Shown here one piece after another: positions 1 through 10,857 of a DNA stretch of 52,470 nt; positions within the stretch are counted from its first letter, which is position 1; each line of letters starts with the position of its first letter. The notes beneath the pieces were generated by a model. That model saw only the letters and a program-made list of their open reading frames with translations, did not search any database and was not told the origin of the DNA. The stretch is from NCBI GenBank assembly GCA_002633005.1, contig NMRA01000167.1, positions 42,183 to 94,652 on the forward strand, read 5' to 3'. The position numbers were made by a program, and so were the translations under genes. The stretch comes from Phoronis australis. Its lineage: Eukaryota; Animalia; Phoronida.

Positions 1-2335
1 GTTGTTTTTACAAATATAAGTTTACTAAGCTCTTTGGTGATTATTAGGTAACTTCAAACTCAAATTTCTCAAAAATGTGCAACTTTATATGTGGGAACTT
101 TTTAGATTTTGAAAACACTCTAATAAATGAATTAAAAAACACCAAAATAAAATTGCCCCCCTAAGGTACTCACAAAAACCATTTTCTAGAGGCCCTACAA
201 ATTCTGGTCCACCGACTAATTGTAACACCATTTATACTATGAAAAATAAGATGGAAAATTTCAATAAAAACGACTTCTTTAATTCAGTAAAATTTATCTG
301 TCATTTTCTCTCACTTGTCTCATCGATCTCCAGTTTGAATGCGAGTAACGTGTGGTCGGGATGCTTTGACTTGGACATTTAAACTCAGTAACCAGTGGTA
401 ACCTATTTTAGCAGACGATATTTTCACCGTGGAAGCTTAGCATGATAAGATGTGCAGTAAGCTAGAGTTGCTTAAAATAAAATTATTTTACAGATTCACT
501 TTAGTTCTCGGGATCTAGATTACGGGGGATTACGACTTCGCCATGTAATCATTTATAATGTACGTAATTTTTTGATATTACATGGGCGAATCACAAAGTA
601 GTGCAAAGTAGAAATCCATACGCAAAACACTAAAACAGCCAGGAGCACGCCAACCAAACAATGCCGGAATTCTGAGAAGGTGAGGTATGTCGCAACTGTA
701 CGTAGGCCTATTCCCAGTTGGAAGGACATGCAAACAACTTCTTAAACATACCCATCCTCGGCGGCGAATTCCTTATCCACGTTCACTCAAACGGAGACGA
801 GCCCCAACTCAAGAAACACGGCGAGACTGTCTAGCTGTGCTGTTTCAATGTCAATTCAGTGACATGTCATAAATCTGAGAATACCTTTTCCAATCACACA
901 AATCTAAAGAAAGATTATTGATATTGTTTCAAAAGATCTAAGAATTTTTACGCAACTCACTCGTCTCGTGTGTACTGTTTCACCGAGCGGGGCCGGGTTA
1001 AAAATTCACGAGCTACTTAAGAATCCCCTACAAAGGGGTGGTGTTTCCGCAACACTACTTACGAAAGGGGAGACCTTTTCATGGGTGTTCTATTGTACGT
1101 GAGGGTCCCATTTCTTCAAGTATATTCTTATGGGTGCATCCTAATTTTCCAGCTGCACTCCTGGGCAAAAAATAATATAGTCAAGTCCCCCACTATCTGG
1201 GATTGAATGGTGCCCAAGAGGATTTAGCATAGCCCCTCAACCCCCCATCCCCCCTCCTGCGAACGCAATTAAAAACACTTTGGGATTTCGCGCAGACCCG
1301 TCGAATAGTGACAGATTCGCGGACTTTGGGCTTCCAACCGCTTGCGCCCAACTCGGCAACTGTACTTTATATGTCACGTGTCAGTGGTCGTATGGAGTTT
1401 GCTTAGTAAATCCGTTACTGGGGAATCAAATTGTCATCATGAAGAACTCGTAAGCGACTATCTTTCTCTGCTGACGTCATCGACGACCTGCATTTTTCTT
1501 TAATCATTCTGCTTTCGAAAACCCACGCAGTGCTAATTAGTTCAAGCCGCAAAATGGTCAAACTGGTCCATCACGTTATTGGTGGTAAATCTTTCTGTTG
1601 AAGCAATTCAGTGTACTGTGTTTGGTCCATGGCTTTATCATGTCTAATTAGGAACGCTAACTTGCAGCAATAATAAAACATATAGAAAATATACCCGATC
1701 ATAGACACAGAGACATTTTTAAAAATGCGCTACTTCGAAAAAGTGAAAAAGACCCATAAGTTTACGCTTGCTGATATGGCGAGAGTGTGTAATTGCGCAA
1801 ATGGAAGCAACACTCCCTTAAAGAAGGCGTACCATGACTTGGAAGTGTACGAGATAAGGACGAGCAAAAGATTTAACAAGTAGCCAATGGCCACTAAGGC
1901 TAGTTTTTTCCACCTCTCTTTGGGATTCATTAATGGTATTATAGTGCCCCCTGCGGGAGGTTTTGACCAATAAAACTTATGCGCAACACGATTACGTGCT
2001 TTTTAATTCAAGAAGTGGCATGGACGATAAAATGCAGGGGTCGATATCATGGGCAGAAAACAGCAACACGCTTGGGGCGAAAGCATTATTATTGTTATCA
2101 TAGATGTGTCAACCATATTGTTTAGTTTTGAACTCGGTTGTTCAAGGGAAATGTTTATTAAACATATTTTTTCAAAGTTTTGAATTAGTCTTGGCAGCTA
2201 AACTTAAGCAAAGCCCCGGCCTTGCCACAAACTTAGCGATAAACCCTTGTTTATCTGCTTGACTATACTGTCACTATTTTACAGTATGGTTGAATTCTCT
2301 TTCTTCAAATCCTGGGTTCGGAAACTATATACACA

Positions 2336-2340
<5 letters not shown>

Positions 2341-2418
<78 letters not shown>
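2341..2418. repeat. (GT)39 perfect microsatellite
   Basis: Uninterrupted GT dinucleotide run, seen directly. Confidence 0.99.
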
Positions 2419-2422
<4 letters not shown>

Positions 2423-5035
2423 GAGGTGGGCAAAACGACGTGTTAGAATAACAAGTATCGAAGAGCGCAGACTTCCCGTAATGCGATGACAATAGGACTC
2501 GGGTTCTAATCTTCGGACTCATACTCGAATCACGCTGCATTTCGCTTAGTAGGCCTATAGTTCGCATTTACTCGAAGCGTGCCATGCGATTGGTCAAATA
2601 TTTCGAGTCGCAGAATTTCCCCGTAGAGAGATTCGACCCCGGGCCCTGGAAACTTTATACAATACGGCCCTTAGGTCCGTAGGCAGGTCAAAATATTGAA
2701 ACTCCATATCTTCCATTATAGTCAACAGTAATCCTGGACCTGAATGTGTCTTGCACAGGGATGGTCAAATAACCATCAACAGATGGCGCATTCCTCAACA
2801 GCTTAAAAATCCTTCCAAAAATAAAAACATTCCTCTCTTATAAATGATTTCCATTGACATTTTTAGATATTTGAAGTTTACGCCAGCGTACGTCACGCGT
2901 TTTAGAAAATCCCCACGAATCCTTTATCATAACGCTTCCAAATAAAAAAATCATAAATGACGCCACCGATGAGTTAAAGTTTGGCCACCCTATGTACACG
3001 CTCTGTATTTAATTACACTAGCTGTTTCGACGGGACAAAGAAAATGAAGTTTTTGTACTTGGCTCTCCTTTTTGTTTGGGTTAATCCAATTATCATTGAA
3101 TCTTGTTCAAAGAGATTGACCGGTAGATAACCGACTAATTAGGTACTGGCACAAATACTGAATAAACTGTAATTAGCTTAGCTAATGTTTGGAGATAATT
3201 TCAACAACACCGTTGTCGCATTCCAGAATAAAATCGATAAAACAACAGGATATTGCTTGTTTGATATCGAATTTCAAATCTATAATCATCATCGAAAAAA
3301 CGTTTAGGCCTATAAGGTTGTCGCGTCTAGGCTTATTCTTTCAAAGCCGACTGTAAACCAGCGTTCCTTAAAGAAGCGAATTAGATTTTTAAAGATAACT
3401 TACCGCCTTAACATTGGTTCTCAACAATTTGTACGCAAACCATAGAACGGATACTTCGTTATGATTCCTTGAGACCATGCCCGGAGCGTCAAATGACATG
3501 CCGCGACAAGTCACCGTTGGTGGGTAAAGTTCAGAAACTCTAGGACCTCGCTAAAACCAAGACTTCGCGAGATTAAGTGTGGTACACAGGGGATCTACGT
3601 TTTCAGTAAGGGAGGTTCGCGATTCGCGCGAATCCGAGGCTCGTAGGGTCGAGGGGGTTGGGGATTGACGTCAGGGGGCAAATCCCCCTGTGGTGTAAGA
3701 GATTTTTTATTTTTGTAGCCGGAAGCGCGCGCACAGTTGAACTCCGCGCGACTTGCCGGCGAGTCACGAAAACTCGAAATGCGTTGCTTTTACAGCAAAT
3801 CACGATGAAGAGAAATAATATTTTTGTTGTATAGTATTACTACTGTTGTTGTTGTATGCGTTGTTAATTTTATACCACAAATCAAGTTAAAGCTGCTACA
3901 AACACGTCTTTCAGTTCTCCGTAGACATCTCTATGTCGGCATCATATGAGAAGTAGAATAGAAGACCTCACGGTAGCCGATTGCATGAGACTCAAACAAT
4001 TGTGTTCCTTAACTTTTCACCGCATTTGTGGACTTGTGAAAACAACCTGTCCTTTCGTTTCCTGTTTTATTTCCATTACTAAGTCTAAGAATTCTTGCGG
4101 GCAACATTTTCATTAGTGTCAGTTGCCCATGGTGCACGACACCATGCGGCAATACGTATGCGCATATTGTACAAATTTGCTCAAAAGTTTCACATAGAGG
4201 CAACAATGTCAGGCTGATTCCCTCCCTCAGCGCTAGATGTCATGACATGTACACGTTTAGGCAGGTGAACTCAACACTATTCTATAAATTTCTGAGCAAG
4301 AAGAAGGCGCTAACATGATGGAAGGCGGAACCTTGCTGCGGGTAAAAGCATAGAAACAAATAGAGGAAACCCACCCGTGTCACGATTGGGGTCATAGCAT
4401 ATCACGTTGCGACTCCTGACCCCTTTGTGCTCAATTAGTCGGCGGCATTTAGGTCTAAACCCCCGTCAACAATAGTGAATATTGCCTCAAGGGCCCAGTG
4501 GGCATGTTGCATGAAACAGTCCCAAACAGGGACTCAGCTAAGTTCCCTAAGCCGTCTACTGCGCATTTGTGGGCTTTTGAAAACACTAATTGTCCTTTCA
4601 TGTGCTGTTTGATTACCAGTATAAAACAATTTTTTGGCCTTGATACAAATCGAGATTGAACTCTACGTTGAATTTCCTCTATTTTTTGAAAATATGTAAG
4701 GATCTTCTCATACAGCACCCCTAGGACTATGTCCCTAATTATTTTGATTGGGTTAATGGCCCAGTTTTTAGTTATATTATTAGAAGTGTCATTAGTTAAA
4801 GAGGAGCTCATAATAAAGATAAAATGATAGAAAAATACTACGTCTTTGAGTAAAGAACGAAACAAATACGCAAACGATTTGGGGAACTTAGTCGAGTCCC
4901 TATTTGGGACTGTTTTGTGCAACCGGCCACTGAGGGACTAAGACGTGGGAAGTATTAGTAGCGACGATATCGACAGGCAGATTAAGGGATACTGCAGAAA
5001 ATAGTCGCAAAAAATAAGTGCTACTACAAATCATA

Positions 5036-6615
5036 TTAGTAGCTATGTGAAGGATTCCCGGAGTGAGGCTGTTAAAAATGAGTTTGTGGTGATTGTGAAG
5101 ACGCGACAAAACGAACCTGACCCTTCGGAATGTCGCTGTGTCGAATGAGCGTATCCCCCGTAGCCTCGGCGGCCGTGTCACCGTCTGTCAAATTGACTTC
5201 GTGTCTAATGTAACGATCAATGATTCGTTTTCCTCGTTTATTGCCCGCAGTTTCGTTATTTACAACCATGATAGAAAGGGTACTAGTAGTTAAAACGCAT
5301 TTCCTGAATCCTAGTTAAAGTTCATGCCCAGCCATGCGTGTTCACTCAAAGATTCAAAACTGAAAGACATTCACTGAATAGCTGGATGTGCAGGTAAAAT
5401 GACAATAGACATTCCGATTAGCAACCGCGTCATTGTTCGCTGCTTCAACGGCGAACAATGACAATCGTTGCTCTTATACGAATCGTTAAAATGAATCATA
5501 TTTTAATACAGAGTGAAGTACTCTTAAAAGAGCACTTCACCCTTGTATAATAATTGGAATTTTCTTGTGTGTAAATTCATTTTTTTTCAAAATGTCAGTA
5601 GGTACTCGAAGTGAAAGATCACCTTGCGATATTCCGTATATCTAGTAAGTGGCCTTATAGTGCAAATACCGCCTTATCTACCCTCGACTGTCGTTGGCAG
5701 TTTAGCGCACCGTATCGGTATCAGCAGTAGTACGACAGCACAGTTTGAATGTCGCACAACAACAAAGTTTAATTGGCATTCAAGTATTTTTATTAGATAT
5801 TGTTAAAACAAGTCCTTATGATATCACGTCTACATCAGCATAGGCGGACACGACCAAAAAACGCGGTCGACCCGTCCTTTTAGGGGTCACACTTTTCCTT
5901 CGAAAATTGCGGTTTGGATTGGACCCCCGTACAACATCCTAGATCCGACTGTGATCAATGTAATATGATTAGAGATAATCAGGTGTCCAGTTTGTCAGTT
6001 CAGTATAAAAGTGTGGGGTTCGTGTCAAATTAAGAGTCGTATATTCTAACAAATCGATGTTTCTGAATCGCATTTGCGATATGTCGAAATGACATCTGAA
6101 GCCTACAACTGAAGACTGAGAACAATCAAAATTCTGAAATTTACAAAAAAGTTATGATGTTGAGCAAAGAAAATTTAATGAAAACGTTTTTCAAGTTGAC
6201 AGAGCAACCATATTAAAAAAACTGAACAAGATGCAAATTTGGTCATCATAAACGCTGGAAATAAATCAGGCGTACGTTCCGTATACGCGAACATCTCGCG
6301 AAAACGCAAGATCACAGAAATCTTCACAAGATATCGTCATGGATAGCCACCTGATCACACTAGGTTCGGTCGTGAGATTTGCATCCCAGCTCTACCTGCG
6401 TACAACGTAAATTCTACAATTCTTTTGTTGTATCGATCTATATACGTTCATTCCTTTTTGTAACACATGTTTATTAATTGTCAGTTGACCGTGTGTAACA
6501 CTAATTACTATAAGACTAAAATAATAATAGTAATAAATCACGTACTTCGTTCACATACGCATATGATTATCGAAGTCCAAACAAAAAATAGAAGAGACCA
6601 CTTCAATGACGTCAT
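5036..6615 (-). CDS. Speculative small secreted precursor (~98 aa); exons 6615-6546, 5310-5117, 5068-5036
   Basis: MTSLKWSLLFFVWTSIIICVCER resembles a signal peptide and ends at a phase-1 donor (A|gtacgt). This joins in frame to ttaactag|GA TTC AGG..., an exon containing NKRGKR, then donor CAG|gttcgt and a 48-nt intron. No recognisable homology. Confidence 0.25.
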
Positions 6616-7151
6616 CCTATGAGTTGTCGCTTCCGTGAAGCTCGTGAGAGAGTACGCAGTTGGAATAGACATTGATTCAGTACGTGCGCCAGAACGACTA
6701 AAAGTGTCTTGGTTTATCAAAAAACTCATTGACGTCACACCTCCTGCTGGTAGCTCATTGTCGCGTCTGCGTAAAAAGGACGAGTGCTGCTGCTGCGGTA
6801 TTTACTGCACGACGTCAATTTCCCATTTCCGTGACGAAAATAAACGAATTATTTACGAACAGACCAGATATGTTCAAGTATGCCGCAACCAACTCTATTT
6901 GATGACTTTGGGGTATAACAAACTGCGAAATATATATCTAGTACAATCATGTTTCTTTACTAAAGAGCGTTTTTAAAAGGTTCGTTAGTTAGATAACTCT
7001 TTATAACCATTTTTTGATGATTCTGAATTGTTTGGATTTAAAACTAAGCAAGACTTTACGAGTTTCACAATTTTTATTCTTGTTCACAAACACGTGAAGG
7101 TCACGAAAGACTTTTCTGGAAACACCCATCAAAATTTTCCGAGTGAAATTA

Positions 7152-7245
7152 TCGGCAAGAAAAGTTGTTCTCTGACATAGTCCCAGCGCGGGTTCGAGCC
7201 TGTATACTTCGTGGTCGCAGTTAAGCGCTTTGCTAATTCCACTCG
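7152..7245 (-). mobile_element. Degenerate tRNA-derived (SINE-head-like) sequence
   Basis: The minus strand reads gagtggaattagcaaagcgcttaactgcgacc...ggctcgaacccgcg, with A-box- and B-box-like spacing. A similar, more decayed copy lies at about 28350-28400. No intact cloverleaf. Confidence 0.3.
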
Positions 7246-7782
7246 ATCATTTGCAAGAAGTCAAACCATGAAATAATGCAGAAAAAAGGATATTCAATTT
7301 GCTGAAAATCTTTGAAGTTGCTGGGACCCCGAGTTTGGTGACTAAGTAAACCGAAACTTTAGAATCGTATACGACGAAGCGAATCATATGGATAAAACAC
7401 CCATAGTGGCGAGTCTTGCATTCTTTAAAAGAACATATTTACCGTTGTTATAGCCGAAGAATGCATTTTGGGTTATTGTTAGATGGGATAGACTTTTTGA
7501 AGTTATTGGCTTTGACAAAAAAAATAAAATTAATACGTTTTTTGTGATTTTATTACTAATCGCCAATTTCTCCTGTTATCTGCGGCCAGAAATTCGCTGA
7601 AACTAAGGGAGGTCACTTTACCGTTGGTAAAGCCATGTCGGTTTAGAGATTTCTAATACCCGGGTCAAAGATCATGATTCGTTTCAATGCACAATATTCA
7701 AATAAAATTCGGTTTGATTATTTGCCAACCCGGGGGCCCAGCAATTAAGTTTCTAATGAATTTCAATCTGTGAATGGCTTCA

Positions 7783-8060
7783 CGCTTGAAAGAGCTTGAA
7801 CTCATTCACATTCAGTGTTCAGAGACGCTCTCACCCAATCACTCAATGCACAGGTTTCCCATGAGTCGTTGACAATGTTAAACTGAGTTGTGATTCGCTG
7901 ATTGCTAGCCAATCCTGGTCTGGTATTTTTGTACCTGTAGCCATCCTGGCATCCATTCTCTGAATGAAGCTTGACGATGGTGGCTGTTTTACCGCCGAAA
8001 CATGTCGCTACATTTTAGAAAAGTTGTTGCCTTTATTCAAGCTTTGACGTCATTGATAAT
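7783..8060 (+). mobile_element. 5'-truncated Penelope-like retroelement remnant (degenerate GIY-YIG C-terminus plus pLTR-type end)
   Basis: Translates, with a frameshift, as RLKELELIHI...SLNAQVSHESLTMLN*, resembling the LE-x-x-HI...LN-x-Q end of PLE ORFs. It is followed by the PLE-typical TGAnGATGG...CCGAAACATGTC motif. Confidence 0.55.
7967..8010 (+). ncRNA. Minimal type I hammerhead ribozyme motif (Penelope-type, degenerate C3U)
   Basis: AGC-UUGACGA-U-GGUGG(cuguuuua)CCGCC-GAA-ACAUGUC-GCU: 3-bp stem I, 5-bp stem II, palindromic ACAUGU stem III, GUC cleavage triplet ending at 8006. Confidence 0.55.
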
Positions 8061-8629
8061 CTTTATAAGTTGTTTCCAGTGAACAGCTCTGGTCAGCGGT
8101 GCAACTCTACCGCTATGAAATGGTATTTAACCTAATGAAGGTGTTCAGATGATAAACCGATGGTAGAAAAAGTCAATCCCTCGAGGATTTGTAAAAAAAC
8201 ATGGGTTGTGTTTTTGCTTTGGAGGTGTTCTTTGGAATACGAAAAATGTTTTAATTTAATATGTTTTTATGCTATTGTATTGAATTAAGGCCTATATGAA
8301 ACACCGATAAAGTACTGCCCCCGTACACACTTGTTCTGGGTTAAGAAGTTCGCGAATTTAAAGTGATTTCCCATAGGGCCTAGCTGCACAAAGCTGCACA
8401 GTGCGGAGTACTGAGCAACCAAAACTACTGAACGTTGCCCTTAGCTGACCTATGCCGGATTACATCGAGGAACGCAAGGGGATACGCAAGATGGACGCCA
8501 GAAATTAAACGTATTTGTTTTTAACGTACTTTTGTCTTAGAACGCTGGACGCAAAAAGTATGTAGTTTTTACCGAAGTCTATTGAAATTTACGTATGCGC
8601 TAGTGTAGGTCACGATTACGTAATAAAAC

Positions 8630-8776
8630 GGCGGTGGTGGTAATGGTAGTAACGGTGATGATTGTTTTGGCGCAGGTGGTGATGGTAAAAATGATGGTGA
8701 TAGAAATGGTGGTGGTTTTGATGATGATGGTGCTGATGATGCTGATGTCGGTACTAATGGTGGTGATGATAGATGA
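8630..8776. repeat. Degenerate (GGT/GAT)n trinucleotide low-complexity tract
   Basis: Period-3 ggt/gat/aat repeats. They produce the spurious V/M-rich ORF in the track. Confidence 0.75.
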
Positions 8777-10808
8777 ACACCGTACAGTTGCTAGCGCTCT
8801 TGGTGAAACTCTTGGAATGTTGCTATCTACTTAACGGAATAGCGACAATCGGCGTTGGTGGTGGATTGATGGCCCTGGTGTTTTTGGTAATATTGCTGTT
8901 AATGGTCGTATTTAAGCATGCACTGGGTATAAGAGGTGCCGGTGTCTGGTTTATTGAACAAGCGAGTGATAATGATTTTTGACGAATCTGTACATCAAAA
9001 TCAATTACATCTATGGCAGTCAAAGCGTGAAAAAGCGCAGATTCTTGTTACGAGTAAAGAGCAACTCTCAATCAAAAGTGAATAATAAAACAGATTAATA
9101 ACGTATATGTTTCTTGTCATAACACTATAACTATCCGTGTTATCAAATAACCACCAGGATTTGCATCTATAAAGAGTCTTGATTCACAGCTCTGCACACA
9201 GCACACAGCAATTCAGAAGCAAAAACAACCAAATTAGCATGAATGAATCGTGCAAACGTTTGACATTGGAGAAAAGTTGATTTATATATCGCCGATGTCA
9301 GACATATCCAAGCGTTTTAGGAGTAACGACAAGTCAAGTTTGTGAAACATGCGTTTAATATTCACTGTCCGAATGGAACAATAATGGATGACCATTGAGA
9401 TCCTTTTTCTCGTGTTTGTAGGAAGGGCGTGTATATGACCGACGCGGTGATGCGCAAACACGCAATAAAACATCCGTGATAGTGACACGGATGCTTCACA
9501 GAGTGCAATGCACAAATAAAGGAGCAATTTTGGAATACAACCCAACCCCTTTGGTATAAAAGTCGGGTGATACAAATCGACACATGAGCGGTGTATATGT
9601 ATTTATGTAAACTCAGTGCCCCAAAAAACGCTTTCATTTGATACGCAATTAAGTCAACCGGCGTCCTTTAACAGTGCGACGCATTTCTTTTATCTTTTGA
9701 CGCTACTTTTAATCAAATGCAAACCTGGACTGGAAACTCGTATCACGAACCATAATATGCGCGAGCACAGACTAATGGGTACTTAGCTCGAGTTCGCTCA
9801 ACAATAAAACAGAAAATTACAAAAATAGTTTCAAGTTCAATTTCGAGTACAAAGTTTAAATCCTGGACCCTGATGTAATTCGGGTTTTTTCCGGTAATTT
9901 ATCACATTGCCACAGACGTCACTTCGAGCTAACAATTTTAGTCTCAGGCAGCATGTATTCTGACTCTCATCTTACCAACTGGGGGGCGGGGTACTGCCAA
10001 GATCGATAATCTCTTGGTGAGTCGCCGCTTCCCGATCGAAGAAACCGACACAATTTTGAGCAATATTTCGTCGCTAGAAAATACAAACCATATCACCTCC
10101 GCAATGACTTCTTTGTATAACTTTGATTAGGTTTCTCGTGGTGATATATTTCGTTTTTTGTGGACAGTAAAGTAATACTTTAGTCAGTTTATTACTTTTG
10201 GTACGCTGCGAATATGTTTCGAGAGACAATTATTTTCAATGTGTTAATACCCGGCCTCCAGCAGCATATCACGTATCCGTGTACAGTGTGAATTCGGATT
10301 CCACGCGAAATCCATTTATGGACAAGTGTGCGTTGGTTCGTTGGAATTTGGTACACTGAAGCTGAAACATTTCAACGTTATGAACGTCGTGTCCGTGTAC
10401 GTTGAAAATGAACTGCCGAATTGGTATTGCGTATTAGAAAAAATGCACTCCTGTCTTTAAAAATGTAAATCATGTTCTCGCCGCTAGGATTATCTGGTTA
10501 GTCCAGTACACCCTGAGTAACAAAAACCTGTTCGAAGACTCCACGACGAACAAGTCATCGTGAAAAACGTGTGACGGAAAATACCAGACAACTAGAGCTA
10601 ATACAACAAAGGAAGATAATTTTAAATTCCTGTTTTCGTGCCCTCAAAAAGTTTCTGTAATCACATAGGTTTTTTAAAATATGTGGTTTCTTGGGTTAAG
10701 GGTTTGAATACGCCAAGACTCGTCAAGGCAAGCGTGTGTATCGCTAAGAGATGTCTACACCACTAACATGTTGGCTTGTTAGATCTCAGCAGTGAGCACA
10801 AGATGACA

Positions 10809-10857
10809 GAAATTTAGGAAGACCACGGCCCCTCTTGCCCCCTCTAAATCTGCCACT
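10809..10857 (+). mobile_element. Degenerate right end of the same MITE family
   Basis: gaaatttaggaagaccacggcccctcttgccccctctaaatctgccact aligns with the 3' ends of the four full copies. Confidence 0.6.

Noticed and set aside
2247-2567. ORFs with poly-(CV) and poly-(HT)
   Set aside because: They are translations of the (GT)39 microsatellite.
4455-4922. 155-aa minus-strand ORF (and similarly 27343-27804, 33793-34164, 43702-43974, 45559-45906)
   Set aside because: No recognisable domain, composition typical of random AT-rich frames, and no supporting splice or start context.
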